From Centroscyllium fabricii (Eukaryota), in the NCBI GenBank assembly GCA_051313645.2, contig JBNRSN020000010.1:68324001-68388000 (forward strand): a stretch of DNA of 64,000 bases, in the 5' to 3' direction. Shown here piece after piece: positions 37,555 to 47,365 of this stretch (position 1 is the stretch's first letter; every line of letters begins with the position of its first letter). The position numbers were made by a program, and so were the translations under genes. The notes under the pieces are model-generated. The model was not told the origin of the DNA, did not search any database, and saw nothing but the letters and a program-made list of their open reading frames with translations.

Positions 37555-38855
37555 TTTCTTCGGCACAGAAGTGGTTGAAGGATTTTAATGGCCACCAATC
37601 CACCTATAGCGAACAAGCCATATTTTAAATATGATCCAAAACCCATGAAGTCGTTAAAGGAACTCATTATTCCGCCGAACATTGATCCAAAGAAGCCAAA
37701 TATGCCTGAGAAGGCATCCCCCATAGCGGGTAATATGTCTCCCAGAGCTTCTCCTAACGCATTAAAAACGTCTGCTATTTGTGCACCATATGAGGTGTCT
37801 ATCTCATTTAGGTGTGTTCTTAGGTTATTGATTTGTTCCTTAATGTTCCAATTGGTATAGGTGACTATTAATGTTGTTTTTCTTGTGGCTGCTAATACGT
37901 CAGCTAATTTTGAGATCATGATATTGATATCATAATCAATTTCTGGTATTATTGTAATGGTGTTTTTACCTAATTGAGGGTATAGTGTTTTACCACAGCA
38001 TTTAGCTTTAGTACTAGGGGTAACCATCCAGGTACCTATTCCCATTTGACAGCTATCATTACATGTTTTAATTGTCGAGATCATATATGATCCGTTATTT
38101 AATGAAGTGATTTGATCATAATCCTTGTCTATAGGGATCATTTGGACAGGACATGCTCTGCGTGAGCAGGGTTCAATTTTATCCCATTCGTAGAGCATAT
38201 TCCCTTGGCGTTCTGTTCTAATAATTCCTTTGTACGGGTACATGTTTCCTGATTCATTGAAGGCTATGGTGTAATCATGTTTAATTTTCTGTTTATAACA
38301 TGATTTACCAGTACAGTAAGGTACTCCGTGGTTGATCATGGTGTAGGTTATGTTGTTCATTGTATCCTCCGTAATCATTGGGATGGATATTATAATTTGT
38401 AGTTCTACGGTAATGGCATAGTATATTTGGGTACCTCGTTCGGTGACTGGTTCAACTATAACTATGTTCATTAACCGACAATTTGCCATGATAATTTGGG
38501 TGCTACTGATGTATTGATATTGACTTAATACGTCCCTTGGTATCCAGTCTATTTCCGGAATTCCCAATCTCATTGCATCTTCTGTTTTTTGTATAATAGT
38601 ATCTATGATTTTATCCTGGTTGGCCGTATTAACTAAATTTAGAGCTTCTATGATTTGTTCTAGGCCCATAATATGGGTTTCGTGTAGGGCGAGAGAAAAT
38701 GCAGTTAAATTTTGTTGATTAGTAGTTAGATCGTTTACCCATTCTCCTAGGTCACTTAATATGTCAGTAGACATTTGTTGTCCCTTTTTTAAATTTTCTG
38801 GGACATTTCCCGTTGTTAAAGTTATTATTGCTAAGAGGAGAAGGACGATCAACAT
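37551..38855 (-). CDS. env: Env TM (fusion) subunit encoded as a separate ORF with its own signal peptide
   Basis: MLIVLLLLAIITLTTG leader, heptad-like region, IDW motif, Cys-rich ectodomain, amphipathic membrane-proximal region, C-terminal anchor and short basic tail CRRK. Confidence 0.85.
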   Translation of the reverse strand: MLIVLLLLAIITLTTGNVPENLKKGQQMSTDILSDLGEWVNDLTTNQQNLTAFSLALHETHIMGLEQIIEALNLVNTANQDKIIDTIIQKTEDAMRLGIPEIDWIPRDVLSQYQYISSTQIIMANCRLMNIVIVEPVTERGTQIYYAITVELQIIISIPMITEDTMNNITYTMINHGVPYCTGKSCYKQKIKHDYTIAFNESGNMYPYKGIIRTERQGNMLYEWDKIEPCSRRACPVQMIPIDKDYDQITSLNNGSYMISTIKTCNDSCQMGIGTWMVTPSTKAKCCGKTLYPQLGKNTITIIPEIDYDINIMISKLADVLAATRKTTLIVTYTNWNIKEQINNLRTHLNEIDTSYGAQIADVFNALGEALGDILPAMGDAFSGIFGFFGSMFGGIMSSFNDFMGFGSYLKYGLFAIGGLVAIKILQPLLCRRK

Positions 38856-38867
38856 GTTACCTTATTC

Positions 38868-40544
38868 CTAAATTACAGTAGTATTTATGAAGGTCCACTG
38901 AAGAGCCGGCGTTAGGTCGAAGAACGTCAGTTTTTCTGGCTCCCGGTCTATCTCGCTGCACCTTAGTGCTGTGCCAAAATGACAGGAAATATAGTGAGTT
39001 AAATTATCGCCTATATCTACTTTGGTCAGTTTATTTGTTTCTTTTGGTACTTTGAATACCCATTTTATCTCTGATTCCCAGTTTTCAATGCTGGCTTTAA
39101 TTTGTTCTATTGTGGGTTTAGATTTGTCTTTGTTTAGAGTTTCATTTCTCATTATGTTCCACACTGAGTGCCAAGTAGCTTGTGTTAATTTTCCAGTTTC
39201 TATTTTGTTAAAGTTTTTGTTAAGAGGTCCTACTCCCTCCTTTGCCCTATATATTTTCCATGGAAATTCGATTATATTTTTAGTCTGTCCTCTGGCATTC
39301 GTAATATTTGTACTACATTTTCCGTATCCTGTTTCATTTTTACAGGTGACTTGTCCCCAGGTTTTTTTGCTGTTATTTTTTAACATCGTGTAGTAGGGTC
39401 TCATACAGAATTCAGGGGGATCTGAGTTTCGGAAGAAATTTCTACCAATAGGCTGTTTTAGCTTGGTTTTTAGGTCTTCTATGGGTCTGATACTTTTATC
39501 AAACCATCTGCCGTAGTTTCGGTTATCACATATCATATGCCATCCTTGCTCAATTTTTGGGATGGTGTATGTTATATTTCCAACGTTTTTGGTTAGAAAT
39601 GTTTCGGCCGGGGAGAAGAAAACCCTTTTGGAATTAGTATAACTGCAATTACATCGACTACTTTTACTTTCGCAACTTGTAGTCTGTTGGCACCATAATT
39701 TTTGTTGGTTTATGAGCCATAATGACTGGTGATGGGTTCCTTCATCTCCCATATTATCATTCTGGTAAGGCCATGCACAATGGTCCATCCTCACAGACTG
39801 AGGTTGTCGGGTAGTTTTTACAAAGGTAATTAAGCAGTGTAGGTATTTATTTATATCTTCTCTTTCTTCCTTAAATTGTGGTAATTTAATCTGAGGAGAT
39901 AACTTCATGATCCTGTCAGAAAATTCTTGTAATTTTCGTCTAACCATTATCCGGGGAGTTCCTGCTTTAAGATTCATCATATTAATGATTATTCCTGAGT
40001 CCAAGACTATTTTTAAAGGGACTAATACTTGTCCCTGGTCACGGTAAATAGGCTTGGGTTCCTTTTTCCAGCAGATACCATTTTTTATTGGTCTAACTTG
40101 ACACAAAGGGTGATTGTTATTATTGTTATTATTTGTGTCATTTTCTAGTGCTGACTGTGTCATAGGTCGGCAGGATTGGTTTAATGTCCCTGCTACTGCC
40201 GATACTAGTATTATTCCGATAAGGAATAGAAAAAGTATGGTAAGTAGCAGTACCGTGAAACATTTTTCACATCGTCCCATATTTTTATGGGTCTGTTCTT
40301 TTCTGGCGCAGTTAGTGATGTTAATTTTCACCTCTTCTTTTGGTCGATTGTTTTGACCTTTCATTTTATTAAATTTATTCTGTAGGGGTTTCTTATTTAT
40401 TATTACTTTTCTCCTTTTTTGTAATCTATTCCTTATGTGTCTAAAAGGATCTATTAGTGATTCTAATTCGATAGTGGTCTGGTAATGATTTGGTTCCGCA
40501 GGGATCTGGTCTTCCTCCAGGCGGTTCATCCAATCGCGACTCAT
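38868..40544 (-). CDS. env: Env leader peptide plus SU subunit (type II membrane topology)
   Basis: ~95-aa cytoplasmic N-terminus, hydrophobic anchor and many N-glycosylation sequons. Foamy SU-like blocks IKNGICWKKEPKPI, DHCAWP and HYISC. Confidence 0.88.
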   Translation of the reverse strand: MSRDWMNRLEEDQIPAEPNHYQTTIELESLIDPFRHIRNRLQKRRKVIINKKPLQNKFNKMKGQNNRPKEEVKINITNCARKEQTHKNMGRCEKCFTVLLLTILFLFLIGIILVSAVAGTLNQSCRPMTQSALENDTNNNNNNNHPLCQVRPIKNGICWKKEPKPIYRDQGQVLVPLKIVLDSGIIINMMNLKAGTPRIMVRRKLQEFSDRIMKLSPQIKLPQFKEEREDINKYLHCLITFVKTTRQPQSVRMDHCAWPYQNDNMGDEGTHHQSLWLINQQKLWCQQTTSCESKSSRCNCSYTNSKRVFFSPAETFLTKNVGNITYTIPKIEQGWHMICDNRNYGRWFDKSIRPIEDLKTKLKQPIGRNFFRNSDPPEFCMRPYYTMLKNNSKKTWGQVTCKNETGYGKCSTNITNARGQTKNIIEFPWKIYRAKEGVGPLNKNFNKIETGKLTQATWHSVWNIMRNETLNKDKSKPTIEQIKASIENWESEIKWVFKVPKETNKLTKVDIGDNLTHYISCHFGTALRCSEIDREPEKLTFFDLTPALQWTFINTTVI

Positions 40545-40788
40545 CGTCTTAGGGAGCTTTAAATCCTTTTGATACTGGTCTACAGTTATCTATCGATATA
40601 GTTCTGCTTGCGCCGGAATCAAGTCCTATGGTCACTGTGCGTTCTCCAACAGAGGTGACCTGTTGAGGAAGGCGAAATCTTGTTTTAAGTGCTTTTCCGG
40701 CTTTGTGAGACTTTTTCTCCTGTATAAAATCCCCTACCTGGGGTTGCCAGTGTTTAAAAGTGTTATTCTTTACTGCCTCCTGCGCCCT

Positions 40789-41310
40789 TTCTTCTGATAT
40801 TTTTGACATCATGTCTCTTAATTCGTCTCTTAAATCGGTATCATACAAACTATTTGGATTACTTAGTTTTGTATGAAGTTGTATCCCAAATTGTAAAAAG
40901 TAGGGGGTAATATGTTTCTCTGGTCCTAAGACATTCAGGGGAGTATTATTTCTTCTGATATTTTAGTCATCATATCCCTTAGTTCCTCCCGTAAATCGGT
41001 ATAGGGTACTGGGGTTACTTAATATTCAAGGGAGTTTTATTTCTTCTGATATTTTAATCATCATATCCCATAGTTCCTCCCGTAAATCGGTATAGGGTAC
41101 TGGGGTTACTTAATTTTATATTTAACTGAAACCCATATTGTAAATAATACGAGGTCCTAAGATATTTTAAATTTATATTATATTTAACTGAACACCATAT
41201 TGTAAATAATACGGGGTCCTAAGATATTTTAAATTTATATTATATTTAACTGAACACCATATTGTAAATAATACGGGGTCCTAAGATATTCAAGGGAGCT
41301 TTGTTAATTG
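40789..41310. repeat. Complex tandem duplications inside integrase (62-bp unit ~3x; ~73-bp block 2x plus a diverged third copy)
   Basis: CCATATTGTAAATAATACG(G/A)GGTCCTAAGATATT occurs three times at 62-bp spacing. TTCTTCTGATATTTTA...GGGGTTACTTAAT occurs at ~40950 and ~41041. Confidence 0.9.
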
Positions 41311-43978
41311 CCAGCTGTACATCACTCGACAGTTTAGCCCACTATGCTCCGCGTACGGTGCACATCTTAGATATGGCCATTTTGGCATCTTGATTTTTCC
41401 TTTCTACCATACCACTTAATTGTGGATGTAAAGGGGTGCTGAATTCCAATTTTATGCCCCGTAAATTGACAGAACTCGAGAAAGACGCCAGAAGTAAATG
41501 CAGGGCCTTAATCGGAATGAATTATCACGGGTGGTCCAGCACCTGTAAGAGCCATGTTGACGGCTTAAATAGCATCAGTGCTTAGTACAGCTTTTTGTGG
41601 GCCCTAACTGTGTTTTAGGAGGTGCAGACATCAACAATAACCAAGACATATACGTTTATTCGACTGTAAGGGGGGTTTCCTTTTGAAGGCGGCAATGATC
41701 CAATAAAGTCTATTTGCCATTTTATTCCAGGTTGGTCAGGTTTAATTTGTACTATATGAGGCGGTCTAATTATGCCAGCCCCTTTAGTAAATTGTAGGCA
41801 GATTTGACAATTAGTGACATAAGCCTTACATTCTTCCAATCAGAATTGCCACCAGTATTTTTACATTAAATGGGATGCAGTAGTCTTACACCCCCATGGG
41901 TTGCTCCTGTCCCTGTATGAGCTTCTTTAATTAGGCTTTGTCTGTCTTTTTCAGGCAGTATTATTTTACATTTATAATCCGGTTCTCCTGCCTTTTTAAC
42001 CAATATGTCTCCGTTATTTCCCACTGAATATACATAGTATGAAGGATATCCCTTAGGATAAATTCCTTTAATGAGTTCTTTTTGAGTGTTATCTTGTTTT
42101 GCTGTAACAGTTGCTCTTGTAACAATGCAAATTTTTAATTATCTCAATCCAATGGTAGAGTCTAGTGCCTTTTTGGCAGCCAGATCTGCTAGTCCATCTC
42201 CATAAGCATGTATTCCTGTTTTCTGATGTGCAGGTACATGTTTAACCATTAAATTTGGCATATTTCTTATAAATTGATCTATTTTTCTCCACCATTTTAC
42301 GTGGAGTATAGGTTTCCCTCTATGATCCTTGAAACCATTATCCGTCCAGTCTGTAAGCAATTCACTACAGCCTCTATGGCAATAGAGGCTGTCGGTACAT
42401 AGTAATATTGCTTTTTATTTCTATCCTGGGGGTAACTCCCTTTAAAGCTCTATATATGGCTATTACTTCGGCCATTTGAGCGGAGTGTTTTTCCCCTACA
42501 TAATATAATTCAGTATGGATAGGTATAAAACCATCCGGGGACCAATGTCCTTTAACAATACCGGCTCCATCTGATAATATGGCTGCTTGGGCTGATCCAT
42601 CAGCATATATTGCTAAGTTGAATTCATCTTCAGGCTTAGTCTCTCCCTTGTCTTTTTGTTTTGAGCTTGCAAACTCGGGTAGGTTCCAACTAACTACTGG
42701 TGTATTGGCGTCTTTGCACCATTTAATGGGGGTATCTATTTTAACGATATCCCATTTATCATATCTGGCCCTATGTACTTTGTGATCCCTCTTGATGCTG
42801 TCCCTGCTGTAATTTAGTTCAGGTAGGTTAGTATATACATATATACTGCCGTTTCCTTGATACTTACTAATATGTATCAGTCCGTTTGTTAACAGAGTAA
42901 GAGTTTCTTCTAGTTTTTGAAACTTTTGTTCTGTCCTGCTAAAATTCATTGAATAATACTGAAAAGTGGTACTCACTATTTCAATGTGAGGGGTTTTCTT
43001 TCCCTCAGTTTCTCTTTAAATTCTGAAGTCAATCCTCTTCCTTGATCTGTTATTTCTACTCCTAAAAAGGTTACTGTACTTTTGGCTATAGTTGATTTTT
43101 TCAACGTTACTTTATATCCGGTATTCATTAGAATTTCTAGGATTTTGTGTAGAACTATAAAGTGTTCCTCTAGGCCAGTAGTAGATATGTATATATCATC
43201 TACATGAGTATTCTTGCCTTAAGGGGGCTAATACTTTTAATACTTCTGAGGAGAAAATTTGCGGTGAATTAACATATCCTTGGGGTAATCTTGTCCAGCA
43301 ATATTGTTTTCCTTCTGGAGAAGTAATTGCTGTGTATTTGTAATCATTCTCATGTATGGGGTGACTCCAAAATCCATTGGCTAGGTCAAGAGTAGTTTTA
43401 TATTTTTTCCTTTCAAGTTGTAAAGTTTGAGTGGTCAGATTCAGAAAGGCTCCTTTGTACGATACCGAAGCTTCGTTTAGAGCTCGATAATCACAGACGA
43501 GTCTAAATATTCCTGCTTCTTTCTTTTTTACCCCTATTATCGGGGTATTGAACTCTGATGATTTTTCTATCAGAACACCTTGTTTTTCTAGATCTTTAAT
43601 TATTTCCGTAACCGCCCTTCTGGCTTCTTTTTTGTGTATTATATATTGTGGGGGTACAGTGAATCTGTTCATTCCCGTCGGATCAGGGGTTTTTTGATGG
43701 AGAAATCCACAGTGATTTCTATGTTTTTGCCATACTTCCCAGTGTGTCTGTACTAAGTTTTTGATTCTTGCTCTTACTGTTGGATTTGTTTCAGTATCCA
43801 TTTGGATCTGTAGGTGTTCTGATCGGTCATCAGGGTTTTTAATCAATAACCCGTATCTATTGATCTCTGATATTCCTAATACCATTTTTACATCTAGTTC
43901 TTGTTCTATATTTGGTATTCCAGCGGCCCAACATTGAAATGTGGTGCCGTTGTCTAATTGCACTGATACTTTGTAGGT

Positions 43979-45240
43979 CCAGGGTGGCATCCCCGCCACC
44001 CTGGACCAATACCAGTTCGCCTACCGGGGGAACAGATCTACAGAGGATGCTATCACTACGGCTCTTCACTCTGCACTAAACCACCTGGATAGCAAAGATA
44101 CATATATCAGAATGCTGTTTATTGACTACAGCTCAGCATTCAACACCATCGTCCCCAGCAAATTGTCTACCAAACTCCTCACCCTCGGCCTGAACACCTC
44201 CCTCTGCAACTGGACCCTGGACTTCCTAACCAACAGACCACAGTCTGTGAAGTTAGGCAACCTCACCTCCCCCCCCCTTACCCTGAACACGGGGGCCCCA
44301 CAAGGTTGTGTGCTCAGCCCCCTCCTCTACTCCCTCTTCACTCACGACTGTGCGGCTGTCCATGGCTCCAACACGATCATCAAGTTCGCGGATGACACCA
44401 CGGTGGTTGGCCAGATCACCAACAACGACGAGTCAGCCTACAGGGATGAGATCCAGCACCTTGTGGGTTGGTGTGCCGACAACAACCTGGCACTGAACAC
44501 CAAGAAAACGAAGGAGATCATAGTGGACTTCCGGAGGACTGGAAGCAGAAGACACACACCCATCTTCATCCAAGGGGCTGAGGTGGAAAGGGTGTCCAGC
44601 TTCAAGTTCCTCGGGGTCCACATCTCGGAAGATCTCTCCTGGTCACTAAACACCTCCTCTCTGGTTAAGAAGGCCCAACAGCGCCTGTACTTCCTTAGGA
44701 AGCTGAAGAAAGCCAGGCTGTCATCCGGCATCCTCTCCAACTTCTACCGCTGCACAATAGAAAGCATACTGACAAGCTGCATCACTGTCTGGTATGGTAA
44801 TTGCACTATCTCGGGCCGGAAAACCCTGCAGCGGGTAGTCAAAACTGCCCAACGAATTACCGGTACACAGCTACCGTCAGTGGAAAGCATCTACCTCAAA
44901 CGCTGCTTACGGAGGTCTATGAACATTATAAAAGACCCCACACACCCCAGCCACAGTCTGTTCGCCCCTCTGCCCTCCGGGAGACGCTACAGAGCAATTT
45001 GCACCCGCACGACTAGATTTCAGAACAGCTTCTTCCCCAGGGCTGTCAGCCTCCTGAACTCTAAAAAGAAACTCCGGTACCTGCACGCCTGATAATGAAC
45101 TTTACTGTATGCAATTTATTTATGTAATTTATTTATTTTGTCTACACTACTCTCGGGAGAGTTGAGTCTTCGTCTCGTTGTATTGTACTAGTACTCTGCA
45201 ATGACAATAAAACTTGAATTGAATTGAATTGAATTGAATT
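43979..45240 (+). mobile_element. 5'-truncated Rex1/Babar-type LINE inserted antisense into the viral protease
   Basis: RT motifs [22 protein letters not shown] and KFADDT, AATAAA and a (TGAAT)n tail. Removing it restores the protease frame VVDTYKVSV. Confidence 0.9.
44112..45092 (+). CDS. Rex1-type reverse transcriptase C-terminal part
   Basis: [22 protein letters not shown] and [10 protein letters not shown]. Confidence 0.85.
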   Translation: MLFIDYSSAFNTIVPSKLSTKLLTLGLNTSLCNWTLDFLTNRPQSVKLGNLTSPPLTLNTGAPQGCVLSPLLYSLFTHDCAAVHGSNTIIKFADDTTVVGQITNNDESAYRDEIQHLVGWCADNNLALNTKKTKEIIVDFRRTGSRRHTPIFIQGAEVERVSSFKFLGVHISEDLSWSLNTSSLVKKAQQRLYFLRKLKKARLSSGILSNFYRCTIESILTSCITVWYGNCTISGRKTLQRVVKTAQRITGTQLPSVESIYLKRCLRRSMNIIKDPTHPSHSLFAPLPSGRRYRAICTRTTRFQNSFFPRAVSLLNSKKKLRYLHA

Positions 45241-47084
45241 GTATCTACTACCATTGTTTGTCCGGAGAAGCCTTTTATTTTTAATTGTTCCCCTTTTTTA
45301 CATTCTAATCTTTTGGCGAGGTCTTCATCAATGGCTGAGCCCTCTGCACCGGTATCTATTAGAGTTTGGGCCCAAAACCAATCTTTGTTTCTTCCAGTGA
45401 CCTGGGTCTTTATATATGGAAATTGATTTTCTTCTGACTCATGATGTCCCGAGGGAGGGTTGGGTGTGGCATTTCTGATCATTCTGAATTGTCTTGGGGC
45501 CTGATTATTTCCTTGTCCTCTGTTTCCTCCCCCTCTGCCTCTGCTATTTCCTCTACCCCTAGGTGGCTGTCCACCTCGAGTAGATTGGGTAGGTCCTTGA
45601 TTTCGACCTTGGTTTCCTTGGTAATTTGTTCCTTGCCTCCAGTCTCCCCCCTCATATCTAGCTCCCTGGTATGAGGTCTGAGCCTGGCCCTGGGAATTTC
45701 GGTCCCTGAAATTATAGTTTCTATTTTGATAATTTTGATTTCGTTGGAAACTCTGGGCTGGGGGCTCCGAGGCTCCGGTGGGAGTCGGGGTTCCTTGATA
45801 TCGTTGGACTCTAGGCTGGTCATTTTGATAGTTTCTTTGAGGGGCTCTAGTTGGGGGGGTGGCATCAGGTTGAACCCATCTGGGCGTATATCTCTGATCT
45901 GCCTGTGGTCTAGGCGGTCCTTGTCCTCGCACTCGGGCTCTGCCTCTAGGTGCGGGAGGTCGTGGACCCGTAGGTGCTACACCGGTCCCATATTCTCCTG
46001 TTTCTCCTCCTATTCTTGCTTTTTGTCCTACTTCTCTCGTAGGTACTGTGTATAGGCCAGCAATTCCATTAACACTGTCTGCCAATGTTATCCAAGGATT
46101 TACTCCTAGGCCTCTATCACGGATATCTGCTCTAATCATATTTTCATGTGTCCCATTATTCAATGATCTGAATACAGTATTCTTAGCTTTGTCCCAATCT
46201 AGACCTAGGGCGCCAGCTGTTTCTGCCACTGCCACTAAATCTCCACAATGTTTTATCAGATTTTTTATTATAATGTTAGTGGCTGCCTCTAAGCCTTGTC
46301 CGTATATATTCTGGTGAGCTTGTGCTAGCATTGTTAGGAAATTACCGCAATGGTGTATCTCCATTTTGAAACATGCCAGTCCGGTGGCTTTCATCATATC
46401 GCATCTTTCCTGATTTGTCAGGTTTCTCAAAAAGACACTAATCTGTTCAAAGTGGTTCAAACCATATTTTATAGCTTCCTTATCTTGTTTTGGAAAATCC
46501 GGGAATGTAGTATGGAATGATTGTACGGTAGTTTTACCATATATCGACCATGGGTCTTGTCTACGGCCTGCTCTTGCGGGACGCTCGGCAAGCCACTCGG
46601 CTTGTTCGTGGCCTGCTTGGGCTATAGCCGTAGCTGCTGTCCTTTGGTTATTTGCGGGTATTAATGTCAGACGATGGGGGGTTACTCTCTTTATCTTAGC
46701 TGGGTCTCGTGGGAAGGCATATGTAGTCATTCCGGGGCACAGAGGGTGTTCTGAAGGACGTAATTCTGATTCTAATCTTTCTATTATGCACATGTGTATT
46801 GGATTCTGAACATTTCCAGAGGGTCCAGGTCCATTTGCCCTATCATCGGGTACTTCACAATCATAATCATGCTCTGTCTCGTTGTCATAAATTATCCTTA
46901 ACGTAAACCTGACTCCTGCTGCTATTGCTCCATTATTCCTTCTATCTAATACATCGTACAGGGATTCATCTCTTGCAGCTCTTTCTACCCCGCCTCTTAA
47001 TGCTACGGGGAAATTATCTCCATAAGCAAGGGCTTGGGGTTGTACATTGGGTCTCCAGTGTTCTCCTGGAGGATCATAGGCCAT
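45241..47084 (-). CDS. gag: Foamy Gag, reading in frame into protease
   Basis: No zinc knuckle. C-terminal Gly/Arg boxes (RGRGNSRGRGGG) and YNFRDR, resembling the foamy chromatin-binding YxLRxR motif. No stop before LIDTGA. Confidence 0.9.
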
Positions 47085-47345
47085 GTTAAGATTTTAAATA
47101 CTTAACTATTTCACTGAAAAGTGGAACTCACTATCTCAATGTCAGTACTGATTTCTAGGGAGGTTGTTTATAGTTGTCCTACCTTTTTACTACGGTATAA
47201 TTTTCTAGTACCTTTATTTTGACTCTCTTTAGTTAGTTTAAAATGTGGGGGGATAGAAGCTAGTGCCCTTTCAAAGACTCACTGCTCTTTAGACTATCAC
47301 TTGATACTTCCTATTTCTAGGTTCGTATCAACTCGACTCAGTCCA

Positions 47346-47363
47346 GCCCCACGTTGGGCGCCA
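47346..47363 (-). promoter_or_regulatory. Primer binding site, tRNA-Lys1,2
   Basis: TGGCGCCCAACGTGGGGC, 2 nt downstream of the 5' LTR. Confidence 0.95.
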
Positions 47364-47365
47364 AC

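Larger units (their letters stand above)
40549..45420 (-). pseudogene. pol: Foamy pol (PR-RT-RNase H-IN), multiply disrupted
   Basis: PR LIDTGA; RT with HVDDIYIS (43195-43206) and GYKVTLKKS..FLGVEITDQGRGLT; RNase H YADGSA/SAQMAE; IN YPKGYP, WQIDFIG and ISIDN. Frameshifts, stops, a thumb-region deletion, duplications and a LINE insertion. Confidence 0.93.

Noticed and set aside
37551-40544. Captured non-retroviral (Mononegavirales-like) fusion gene, or two duplicated env genes
   Set aside because: The two ORFs match consecutive, non-overlapping parts (SU, then TM) of one foamy Env.
41117-41290. Regularly spaced repeats resembling a CRISPR array
   Set aside because: The spacers are identical, the context is eukaryotic and the unit is duplicated integrase sequence.
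41888-41900. Possible central PPT (CCATGGGGGTGT, resembling the 3' PPT junction)
   Set aside because: Imperfect match explained by the HG codons of the integrase zinc-binding region.
45479-45865. 128-aa alternative-frame ORF within gag
   Set aside because: Low-complexity GR region that stops before protease, with no motif; treated as a shadow ORF unless conserved in other copies.
47113-47142. Iron-responsive element-like hairpin
   Set aside because: Lacks the CAGUGN loop and the C bulge.
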